Shown here: positions 17,544 to 26,228 of the stretch, piece by piece
Layout: every line of letters starts with the position of its first letter
Position numbering within the stretch: position 1 is the stretch's first letter
Assembly: GCA_963663035.1 (NCBI GenBank)
Contig: OY760074.1
Location: 1,120,001 to 1,184,000, forward strand
Source: Acidobacteriota bacterium
GTDB taxonomy: Bacteria > Acidobacteriota > UBA6911 > RPQK01 > JADFOI01
Length of the DNA: 64,000 nt
Reading direction: 5' to 3'
Translations under genes and position numbers: made by a program
Notes under the pieces: generated by a model
What the model saw: the letters and a program-made list of their open reading frames with translations, nothing else
Told to the model about the DNA's origin: nothing
Database searches by the model: none

Positions 17544-18986
17544 ATGCAGGACTTGCGAAGTTGGTTGGAGCAAGTCCGACAAATGGGGAAGCTCAAAGAA
17601 GTGCAGGGCGCCTCCTGGGATCTGGAGGTGGGCGCCCTAACCGACCTCAACGTCAAAGCCCGCAAGTGGACGCTTCTGTTTGACGAAATAGAAGGCTATC
17701 CACCCGGCTACCGCGTTCTTACCGGCTCTATGCTGGACTCCGCCAGAGTGGCATTGAGCTTGACTTTCTCCCCGGAGTTGGATGATCAGCAGTTGGTCCA
17801 GACCTTGCGCCGAAAGCTGGCAGGTGCCCAAACAAGCTTGGATCGTTTTCCACCTCACGCTCTTTCCACCGCCCCATTTCTGGAGAACCGCTGTGAAGGA
17901 TCGGAAGTGGATTTAACCCGCTTCCCGGCTATGAAGTGGCATGAGCGGGACGGGGGTCGATACCTGGGCACGCTCGACGCGGTTATCACACGGGATCCAG
18001 ACTCAGGTTGGGTTAATGTGGGGACATACCGCTTGATGGTTCATGACCAGCGGCGCCTGGGAATTTATATGAACGTTTCCCACCACGGCCGTCTGCATGC
18101 AGAAAAATACTGGGCTGCAGGAAAGGCATGTCCGGTGGCCATTTCTCTGGGGCACCATCCGCTGATCGGGCTGGTGGCAGGGATGGAAGTACCCGTGGAG
18201 GTCTGTGAGTACGACTATCTGGGCAGCCTGCTGGAGCGTCCTTATCCAGTGGTCAAGGGCCCGCTGACGGGTTTGCCGATTCTGGCGGACAGTGAGATCG
18301 TCCTGGAGGGACATATTACACCGGAGCTGAAAGAGGAAGGTCCCTATGGAGAGTTCGTGGGCTATTACGCGGGAGGAGAGATGGCCAGCCCGGTGGTCCA
18401 GGTGGAGGCGGTCTACTTCAGAGAGAATCCAATTGTTCTGGGAACAGCTTCCGGACGCCCTCCCTATGATTATTCCTACTATCGATGCCCCTTTCGAGCG
18501 GCCATTCTCTGGAATGCTTTAGAGACAGCAGGTCTGAGAGGTATTCGAGGAGTGTGGTGTCACGAGCCTGGCTATTCGCGTGCCCTGACCGTTGTCTCCA
18601 TGCAACCGGCTTATCAGGGCCATGCCGAGCAGACAGGTTTTCTTGCCTCTCAACTTCCGGAAGGGGCCTTCGGGGGGAAATATGTGGTTGTCGTGGATGA
18701 TGACATCGATCCGACCAACAAAGATGAGGTCCTGTGGGCCATCTGTTCACGGACTGACCCGGCCCTGGATATCGAGTTCATTCGAAACTCCTGGGGAATG
18801 AATCTGGACCCCATGGTTCAAAAAGAACCCGGGTCTAGGCCGAATGAGCTTCGCATGTCACGAGCCATCATCAACGCTTGCAGGCCCTTCGAGCGGGCCG
18901 TTCGAGGAGATTTTCCAGAGGTAGTGGAGCCCAGTCCCAGCACCAAGGAGATGGTCCTCAGCAAGTGGAAGGATCTTCTCACTTAA
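17544..18986 (+). CDS. UbiD-family decarboxylase 2 (alternative start 17508)
   Basis: MQDLRSWL, DGGRYLGT, NVGTYR, EGPYGEFVGYY, VVVDDDID and IINACRP motifs. Confidence 0.92.
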   Translation: MQDLRSWLEQVRQMGKLKEVQGASWDLEVGALTDLNVKARKWTLLFDEIEGYPPGYRVLTGSMLDSARVALSLTFSPELDDQQLVQTLRRKLAGAQTSLDRFPPHALSTAPFLENRCEGSEVDLTRFPAMKWHERDGGRYLGTLDAVITRDPDSGWVNVGTYRLMVHDQRRLGIYMNVSHHGRLHAEKYWAAGKACPVAISLGHHPLIGLVAGMEVPVEVCEYDYLGSLLERPYPVVKGPLTGLPILADSEIVLEGHITPELKEEGPYGEFVGYYAGGEMASPVVQVEAVYFRENPIVLGTASGRPPYDYSYYRCPFRAAILWNALETAGLRGIRGVWCHEPGYSRALTVVSMQPAYQGHAEQTGFLASQLPEGAFGGKYVVVVDDDIDPTNKDEVLWAICSRTDPALDIEFIRNSWGMNLDPMVQKEPGSRPNELRMSRAIINACRPFERAVRGDFPEVVEPSPSTKEMVLSKWKDLLT

Positions 18987-19052
18987 CGATTTAGCATTGG
19001 AAGCAAGTGCGGTGTACATTCTTAATAATAATTTAACTGCAGAGAGGTGAAT

Positions 19053-21020
19053 ATGGGGAATAGAGGACTGGTCTGTCTTTTGGTAATCCTGGCGGTGGCT
19101 GCGCATCTGTCGGCTCAGCAGTTGCCGCAGGAGGTCGCTCAGTACGGCTATCCCGACACGCTTTTTGTCAACGGCAAGGTGGTCAGCATGGACGACACCT
19201 CCCGCTCCACGGAGGTGGGGAATATCTTTCAGGCCGTGGCAGTCAAGGGCGATAGGATCATCAAGCTTGGCACTAATCAGGGAGTGAGGGCTTTGGCGGG
19301 GCCTGATACCCAAGTCTTCGATCTAAAAGGGAGGACTCTGCTTCCCGGGATAGTGGAAACTCACGCCCATATTTACAGCGACGCGCCCCAGTACCTGAGC
19401 CGCTTTGGGTTCAAGTATCCTCCACAGGGGATTATCATCAGCGCCCAGGCCGATCGCGAGCTGGAGAAAACTCAAGGAATCATCCGGGATCAAATTCAGG
19501 AGGCGGTCAAGCAGGTCGAGCCCGGAGACTGGATCGTGCTGCGGATGCGTTCTCACCCCGAAGCCCCCATGGATCTGCAGACGTGGGGGATGACCCGCCG
19601 TTTGACCGATCGGCGGACACTCGACATGTGGGCCCCTGAAAACCCCGTCCTGATGAGACCGGGCCTGCGCGGGAACATCAATTCCAAGGCGCTGGAGGTC
19701 CTGAACGATTTCCTTCCCGGATATTCGGCTTCCATTCACGAGAGCATGCATGGAGATACCATCGGCGAAGATATCCCGGCCATCGGCTGGGTGGGTAGTC
19801 GGGAGATGTCGGTCATCACCTGGGAACTCTTCTTTGAGAAATTACCATTGAACACTCTGGCCCAGATCTTGAAGCTGATCTCGGAAGATTTTGCCTCCAA
19901 GGGGGTCAGCACTTTTTCCAGCCGTCTGGAGTTTCCAAAAATCATGAGTGGCTATGCCACCCTGGCGGGGTTGGGACAGATGCCCATTCGTCTGGCCGCT
20001 CACTATGAAGTGCACCGCATGCCGACGGATCCGCAGCAGACTCGCCAGCTGTACCGCCGTACCGGAGTACTGCAGGGTATCGGAAACGACTATCTGTGGA
20101 TCGATGGTGTGGCCTCAGAGCGCTGGGATTCTCACTACCCGGAAGCCTGCACGGGTCCGGATACCCAGGCTCCGCCCAACATTAAGGCTCGAGAGGTCTG
20201 CCCCAAGCAGGGCGATCTGATGTGGGATGTCCTGGAGAATGCCTTAGAATCCGGCTGGCGGATATCCGGCATCCATATCTGCGGCAGTGAAAGTGCCCGG
20301 GCGTTTTTTCGGATGGTGGATCGCGCGCGCGAGGATCGTGGATTGAGTATGGAATATATTCGTAGTCTCCAGATGACCGGCGAGCATTGCAACGTGATCG
20401 GAAAACTTCCGGAAATCATCCAAAAGTTGAAGGACTATAACATGATCCTCAGCTGCGGACCGGACCTCATCAGGGAAGCACCGCTCTGGACGAAAGACTA
20501 CGGTGCCCAGATGGCGGATGACTTCGAACTGCCCTTTCAAACCTGGATCGATGCCGGGGTAAGGCTGGTTGGGCAGCATTACGGCTCAGGAGCGGACAAT
20601 GCCGGAAGCAGCAATTTCCGGCCGCCCTTCTTCATGATCTGGCAAGCTGTCACCCGCCTCTATGATGGAAAGGTGTGGCAGCCGGAAGAACGAATTGAGC
20701 GGGTACACGCCCTGAAGATGTACACCAGCTGGGCTTCCGAGTACGTGCAAAAACAGGGAAGCCTGGGCTCTCTGGAGGTGGGGAAGTTTGCGGATCTGCT
20801 GGTCATCGATCGGGATTTCTTTACTATCCCGGAGAATGACATCCTGAAGGTGAGAACCTTGATGACCATGGTAGGAGGCAAGATGATCGTGCTGCAGGAG
20901 TCACTGGCCAAGGATTTTGGAGTTCAACCGGTTGGACCTGCTTATGATTTTGAAGACGAAGACGTGGCACACATCGGGTTGCCCCTCACAGAGATAGCGA
21001 GAAGGTTCAGCGGAAATTAA
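19053..21020 (+). CDS. Secreted amidohydrolase-3 family protein, paralog 2
   Basis: Signal peptide; PGIVETHAH; colinear with paralog 1 over its full length. Confidence 0.85.
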   Translation: MGNRGLVCLLVILAVAAHLSAQQLPQEVAQYGYPDTLFVNGKVVSMDDTSRSTEVGNIFQAVAVKGDRIIKLGTNQGVRALAGPDTQVFDLKGRTLLPGIVETHAHIYSDAPQYLSRFGFKYPPQGIIISAQADRELEKTQGIIRDQIQEAVKQVEPGDWIVLRMRSHPEAPMDLQTWGMTRRLTDRRTLDMWAPENPVLMRPGLRGNINSKALEVLNDFLPGYSASIHESMHGDTIGEDIPAIGWVGSREMSVITWELFFEKLPLNTLAQILKLISEDFASKGVSTFSSRLEFPKIMSGYATLAGLGQMPIRLAAHYEVHRMPTDPQQTRQLYRRTGVLQGIGNDYLWIDGVASERWDSHYPEACTGPDTQAPPNIKAREVCPKQGDLMWDVLENALESGWRISGIHICGSESARAFFRMVDRAREDRGLSMEYIRSLQMTGEHCNVIGKLPEIIQKLKDYNMILSCGPDLIREAPLWTKDYGAQMADDFELPFQTWIDAGVRLVGQHYGSGADNAGSSNFRPPFFMIWQAVTRLYDGKVWQPEERIERVHALKMYTSWASEYVQKQGSLGSLEVGKFADLLVIDRDFFTIPENDILKVRTLMTMVGGKMIVLQESLAKDFGVQPVGPAYDFEDEDVAHIGLPLTEIARRFSGN

Positions 21021-21079
21021 TCAGGCGAGGTGGCCACAGCCGGGCGCGTAGCGATTGAACTGTAGGCCAGTTCCCTAAT

Positions 21080-21221
21080 TCAACGCTTTTCGGAAGGCGG
21101 ATATTCTTTGGCTGGGAGAATGTCCGTCACCAGATCACGAATGAGCGGGCGCGGCGAATACGAATCTGGGCCAGGGACCGTCCTGGGCTTTCTTCTGGCT
21201 TTGAAATCTAGTTCACGCCAC
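21080..21221 (-). pseudogene. Internally deleted relic copy of the 2Fe-2S gene (12547-12948)
   Basis: 21092-21151 matches 12583-12642 and 21152-21221 matches 12884-12953. About 241 bp carrying all Cys codons are missing. Confidence 0.8.
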
Positions 21222-23193
21222 GGAACTTTCTGGCAATTTCCGAAAGGGGCTGACCGATGTGGTCCACATCTTCATCTTCGAAGTTATAGGCTGGTCCCAC
21301 CGGGTCTACTCCGAAGTCTCTGGCCAGTGACTCCTGCAGCACGATCGTTTTGCCTCCTACCATGGTCATCAGAGGACGGATCTTCAAGATGTCATCTATT
21401 GGAATAGTGAAGTAGTCTCGATCGATGACCAACAGATCCGCGAATTTACCCACTTCCAGCGAACCGAGCTTATCCGGCTTTCGGACATACTCAGCGCTCC
21501 AGCGTGTGTACATCTTCAAGGCGTGTACCCGGTCAATGCGCTCTTCCGGCTGCCAGACTATTCCGTCGAACTTGCGCGTCACGGCCTGCCAGGTCACGTA
21601 AAATGGAGGCCTGTAACGGAGGGTCCCCGGCTCCCCCCGTGCACCCGTTCCCCAGTGCTGTCCGACCAGCTGGACGCCCTCATGAATCCAGGTGTTAAAG
21701 GGAAGGAAAAAGTTATTCATTTGGGGACCGTAGTCTTCAATCCACTTGGGAGCTTCTCTGGCGATGATGTCGGGACCACAGCTGAGGATGATTCCATATC
21801 TCTTTAAAGCCTCCATCACATCCGGCTGCTTTCCGATCACATCACAATGCTCGCCGGTCATGTGCATGTCGTGGACTTGCTGAATGGTCCAGCCGTTGAC
21901 TGCCCGAGCACGATCGATCATCCGTATAAACGCGCGGGCGCTTTCGCTGCCGCAAATGTGCACACCAGCCAGCCGCCACCCCGCTATCATGGCATTTTCC
22001 AGCGTATCCCAATGCAGATCTCCCGGCTTGGGACAGGTCTCCCGAGCCTTGATATGGTCCGGAGCTATGGTATCGGGTCCGGTACAGGATTCCGGGTAGT
22101 AAGAATCCCAGCGCTCTGATGCTATTCCGTCGATCCAGAGATAATCATCACCGAGGCCTTGCAGGACCCCGGTACGGCGGTACATCTGGCGAGTCTGCTG
22201 AGGATCGGTGGGCATCCGGTGGACCGAGTAATGGACATCAAATCGAATCGGCATCTGGCCAAGACCGGCCAGGGTCGCATACCCGGTCATCATCTTGGGA
22301 AAGTAAAGATGGCTGGAGAAGGTGCCCACTCCTGTGGCGGCATAGTCTTCTGAGATTAGTTTAAAGATCTGCGCCATAATGTTTGGGGGCAGCTTCTCGA
22401 GGAAGAGTTCCCAGGAGATCACATCCCTTTCGCGGGTTCCCACCCAGCCGATGGAAGGGATGTCCTCACCGATGACGTCTCCGTGCATGGTCTCTTGAAT
22501 GGATGCAGAGTATCCGGGCAGGAACTCATTCATGATCTCCAGTGCCTTGGAATTAATGCTGCCTCTGAGCCCTGGGTTGACCAGGACCGGGTTCTCTGGC
22601 GCCCAAACGTCAAGGGTCCGAAGATTCGTTAGACGCCGCTGAGTCCCCCAAAAACCGACATCGGCAGGTGCTTCAGGATGACCGCGCATGTTGAGGACGA
22701 CCCAATCACCCGGTTCCACCTGCTGGACTGCTTCTATGATCGCCTCTCTCATAATGGCCTGAGTTCTCTCCAGCTCTCGATCAGCTGTCCGGGTCAATAT
22801 GATTCCATTGGGTGGGTACTTGAACCCGAATCGGTCCAGATATTGGGTGATGGAGCCGAAGATGTGGCTGTGGGGTTCAACGATGGCGGGGAGCAGGGTT
22901 CGTCCCCTCAGGTCGAAGACCTTCGTCTCCGGTCCTGCCATGGCCCGAACCTCCCCAACGGTCCCCAATTTCATGATTTTGTCACCCTTGACCGCAATGG
23001 CCTGGTAGACATTCCCCACCTGGGTCGAAATGGAGGCATCGTCCATGCTCACGATCTTTCCGTTCACAAAGATCGTATCGGCGTAACCATTTCGGGCTAC
23101 TTCTGGAGCCAGTTGCCCGACAGCAGTCGGCAGCTGGAAAAGAAAGAGCAGGAAGCTGGCCAAGAAAGCACTGGTGATTCGATGCTTGTTCAT
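21208..23193 (-). CDS. Secreted amidohydrolase-3 family protein, paralog 3
   Basis: RBS GGGAGG 8 nt before ATG 23193; signal peptide; PAIVEPHSH; colinear with the other paralogs. Confidence 0.85.
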   Translation of the reverse strand: MNKHRITSAFLASFLLFLFQLPTAVGQLAPEVARNGYADTIFVNGKIVSMDDASISTQVGNVYQAIAVKGDKIMKLGTVGEVRAMAGPETKVFDLRGRTLLPAIVEPHSHIFGSITQYLDRFGFKYPPNGIILTRTADRELERTQAIMREAIIEAVQQVEPGDWVVLNMRGHPEAPADVGFWGTQRRLTNLRTLDVWAPENPVLVNPGLRGSINSKALEIMNEFLPGYSASIQETMHGDVIGEDIPSIGWVGTRERDVISWELFLEKLPPNIMAQIFKLISEDYAATGVGTFSSHLYFPKMMTGYATLAGLGQMPIRFDVHYSVHRMPTDPQQTRQMYRRTGVLQGLGDDYLWIDGIASERWDSYYPESCTGPDTIAPDHIKARETCPKPGDLHWDTLENAMIAGWRLAGVHICGSESARAFIRMIDRARAVNGWTIQQVHDMHMTGEHCDVIGKQPDVMEALKRYGIILSCGPDIIAREAPKWIEDYGPQMNNFFLPFNTWIHEGVQLVGQHWGTGARGEPGTLRYRPPFYVTWQAVTRKFDGIVWQPEERIDRVHALKMYTRWSAEYVRKPDKLGSLEVGKFADLLVIDRDYFTIPIDDILKIRPLMTMVGGKTIVLQESLARDFGVDPVGPAYNFEDEDVDHIGQPLSEIARKFRGVN

Positions 23194-23300
23194 CTCATGA
23201 ACCTCCCTTTGCAAAAACAAGTACATCCTTTGCTTGGAATCGATTTGCGGGTAATATAGCCCCTCGTCTTTGTATTGTAAAGTGACCTAAGGCTCAACCC

Positions 23301-24824
23301 ATGACTCTGCTCCCTCCTGAGATTACTGACATCGTCTTGGCCAACTACCCGCTGATCATTGCGAGTCTGGTGGGATACTCCGTCATCTTCGTTCTCATCA
23401 CTTACGCCGCAAAACGAAAATTGGCCCACGAGGTGAGCGACTACGTGGTGGCTTCGCGGAATCTGGGATGGCTGGTGGTCACCTTTACCATGTACGCGTC
23501 GATCCTGAGTGGAGTTGGCATGGCCGGCATACCGGGCGCCGTCTACACGGTGGGTGTTCCCTTTGTGGTGACGGTCTTGATGGGCCACACCGTTGCCCTG
23601 GCCCTGCTGTGGTACTTAGGGCCCCGAATCTGGATTCTTGGAAAGACCTATAACTTCACCACGCCCGGTGATCTCCTGGGAGATTACTACCAAAGCGACA
23701 CGATTCGGGTGTGCACCGTGATCGCCAGTATTCTTTTCAACGTTGCCTTTATTGTGGCACAGCTGCTGGCGGGAGGGGTCCTGCTCAATGTTCTCTCCGG
23801 AAGTGTCATTTCCTTTGAGCTGGGGGTGGTGATCATTACCGTAGTCGTGATGGTCCATGTCTCCTCCACAGGGCTCCGCGGCATTGCCTGGCTCGACTGC
23901 TTCAATGGGTTATTAATCCTGTTCCTGCTCACTCTCTTCGGTGCGACCATTCTTGTGGCAGCCGGAGGACTCGGCAATGTGTTGGAGGGATTGGGTGAGT
24001 TAAAGGATCAGTTCATAACCCTTCCGGGTACAGTGGGAGTCTTCACTCCCTCCCACATCTTTGGCATCTTCATTGGTCTGAGTATCGGGGCCATGGTGTT
24101 ATCACCTTCCGCCTGGATTCGCATCTACTCAGCAAGCAGCAAAGCACACTTTGCCAAGATCAGTATTTTAATGCTGGTGCTCTGGTTCATCTCACACATC
24201 ATGGGTGCTTTCCTGATCGGCAGTTACGCTCGATCCGTCCTCCCCGATGTGGAAAATCCCGATTTCGTCTCCTCTTTGCTTGCCTTCAAGGTGATGCCGG
24301 TTTTCCTGGCGGCGCTTTTCCTGATAGCCATACTGGCCGCCATCATCTCGACTACGGACACCTATATGCATACTCTCTCGGCGACGGTTGTCCGAGATTT
24401 TATTCAAGCCGTTCTCTGGCCCGGCATGACTCAGGCTCAGGAGATCACACTCAACCGGGTGCTGATGGTTGCCATGGCAGGACTGAGTGTTTTGCTGGCC
24501 ATGCTCAACCCGGTGCTGATTACTCCTTTGGCCATCTTTGGGGGTGGGATCACTGTCCAGCTTCTCCCACCATTGCTAGGTGCGGTCACCTGGTCCCGGG
24601 CCTCGGCGCCGGCGGCCATCATCAGTACTGCTGTAGGCATGGTACTGACCTTAGTGTGGGAGCTCGACCTTCTTCCCAACCCGGTTCCAGTCAGTATCCT
24701 GCCTGGGCTCGCCACTGCCTTTTTCATCAATGTCGGCTTATTTGTTCTCATCAGTTATATGACCCGACCTCAGCCGCCGGAGATGGTTGAAAAGTTCCAT
24801 GGGTTAATCGCACGAGAGCTGTGA
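23301..24824 (+). CDS. Sodium:solute symporter (SSS family)
   Basis: Multiple TM helices; DYVVASRNLG, TPGDLLGDYYQS and AAIISTTD motifs. Confidence 0.9.
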   Translation: MTLLPPEITDIVLANYPLIIASLVGYSVIFVLITYAAKRKLAHEVSDYVVASRNLGWLVVTFTMYASILSGVGMAGIPGAVYTVGVPFVVTVLMGHTVALALLWYLGPRIWILGKTYNFTTPGDLLGDYYQSDTIRVCTVIASILFNVAFIVAQLLAGGVLLNVLSGSVISFELGVVIITVVVMVHVSSTGLRGIAWLDCFNGLLILFLLTLFGATILVAAGGLGNVLEGLGELKDQFITLPGTVGVFTPSHIFGIFIGLSIGAMVLSPSAWIRIYSASSKAHFAKISILMLVLWFISHIMGAFLIGSYARSVLPDVENPDFVSSLLAFKVMPVFLAALFLIAILAAIISTTDTYMHTLSATVVRDFIQAVLWPGMTQAQEITLNRVLMVAMAGLSVLLAMLNPVLITPLAIFGGGITVQLLPPLLGAVTWSRASAPAAIISTAVGMVLTLVWELDLLPNPVPVSILPGLATAFFINVGLFVLISYMTRPQPPEMVEKFHGLIAREL

Positions 24825-24855
24825 TCGACTGACAATCTTATGTATCATCGAGTTT

Positions 24856-25749
24856 ATGTACCCTGAAGCTTTTGAATTTTTTAGTCCTGACACCCTGGAG
24901 GGCGTCATTGATTTGCTGTCCCAGCATGGAGAGGACGCCAAGGTGTTGGCTGGTGGGCAGAGCCTTATCCCGCTCATGAAGTTGAGATTGGCGAGTCCGA
25001 AATACTTGATTCATCTGGGTGGACTTCAGGATTTGTCCGGTATCCAAGAGCAGGATGGAATGATTTCCTTTGGAGCCCTGACGCTGCACGTCGAGTTGGA
25101 GGAATCGGCGCTGGTGAAATCAAAGCTCCCCATGATGCACGATGCGGTAAGCGTCATTGGTGATGTCCAGGTGCGCAACCTGGGAACCATCGGGGGGAGT
25201 CTGGCTCACGCTGATCCAGCTGGAGACTTGATTCCCGTCCTGTTTGCCTTGGATGCTCAGGTGACCATTGCCAGTTCCAGCGGAAAGCGTACTGTGAAAG
25301 TCGACGAGCTCATTGTAGATGCTTATTCGGCAGACTTGAGCAGTGACGAGGTGCTGACTCAGGTATCGGTGCCGGTCCCCCCGGAAGGCAGTGCAGGAGC
25401 CTATCTGAAGTTCGAACGCCGGGCGGGAGATTTCGCAGTGGCCAGTGTTGGAGTGCAGGTCGACTTCAAGAAGGATGGTACCTGTCGCGACATTGCTGTT
25501 GGGCTGGGAGCTGTGGGACTCACAGCGATACGTGCCAGGAAAGCAGAGGAATTGCTGCGGGGAAAAAAGGTCGAGGACGCCCTCCTGAGGGAAGCGGCGG
25601 CCCAGGCATCTGCGGAAGCCGAACCCTTTGCCGATGTCCGAGGATCGGCTGAGTACAAACGCCATCTCGTCGGTGTGCTGTTTCGCAGAGCCTTTGAGTT
25701 TGCTTCCAGAAGGGCGGGCGGGGAGGAGGTGGCAACTGTCCATCTCTAA
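24856..25749 (+). CDS. Molybdenum hydroxylase FAD-binding subunit (CoxM/CutM-like)
   Basis: [32 protein letters not shown] and DVRGSAEYK motifs. Confidence 0.92.
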   Translation: MYPEAFEFFSPDTLEGVIDLLSQHGEDAKVLAGGQSLIPLMKLRLASPKYLIHLGGLQDLSGIQEQDGMISFGALTLHVELEESALVKSKLPMMHDAVSVIGDVQVRNLGTIGGSLAHADPAGDLIPVLFALDAQVTIASSSGKRTVKVDELIVDAYSADLSSDEVLTQVSVPVPPEGSAGAYLKFERRAGDFAVASVGVQVDFKKDGTCRDIAVGLGAVGLTAIRARKAEELLRGKKVEDALLREAAAQASAEAEPFADVRGSAEYKRHLVGVLFRRAFEFASRRAGGEEVATVHL

Positions 25750-25756
25750 GAGAAAA

Positions 25757-26221
25757 ATGACAGTGACCGTAAACGGTGAAGCGTACCAGCGTGAGGTAGA
25801 ACCACGCATGTTGCTGGTCGACTTCCTGCGGGATATATTGAAGTTGACGGGAACGCATGTTGGCTGCGACACGAGCAATTGTGGAGCGTGCACTGTCATT
25901 ATGGATGGGCGAAGTATCAAATCGTGTACCTGCTTTGCGGCCGCGGTTGAGGGGCGAGAGATCTTGACGATCGAGGGTTTGGCTCAGGATGGAAACCTGC
26001 ATCCTATTCAGGAATCTTTTTGGGAAAACCATGGACTGCAGTGTGGTTACTGCACCCCGGGGATGGTGATGTCCGCTTTCTACCTTCTTTCCGGGACTCC
26101 CCAGCCCACCGAAGCGCAGATCCGAAGAGGCATTTCTGGAAACATTTGTCGGTGCACCGGTTACCAGGCCATCGTGGATTCGATTGGGAAGGTACCGGAC
26201 AAGATGAAACAAGGCACTTAG
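25757..26221 (+). CDS. Molybdenum hydroxylase 2Fe-2S subunit (CoxS-like)
   Basis: [19 protein letters not shown] and GNICRCTGY motifs. The ORF-track start at 25628 overlaps the upstream gene and is rejected. Confidence 0.92.
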   Translation: MTVTVNGEAYQREVEPRMLLVDFLRDILKLTGTHVGCDTSNCGACTVIMDGRSIKSCTCFAAAVEGREILTIEGLAQDGNLHPIQESFWENHGLQCGYCTPGMVMSAFYLLSGTPQPTEAQIRRGISGNICRCTGYQAIVDSIGKVPDKMKQGT

Positions 26222-26228
26222 CCCCCCC

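Noticed and set aside
15568-17683. Small ORFs with DPQAGTP...LVIAA...ENLCI text (e.g. 15568-15786, 17255-17683; also 28644, 43377, 51016)
   Set aside because: Translations of MITE A copies; frame, start and stop are not conserved between copies.
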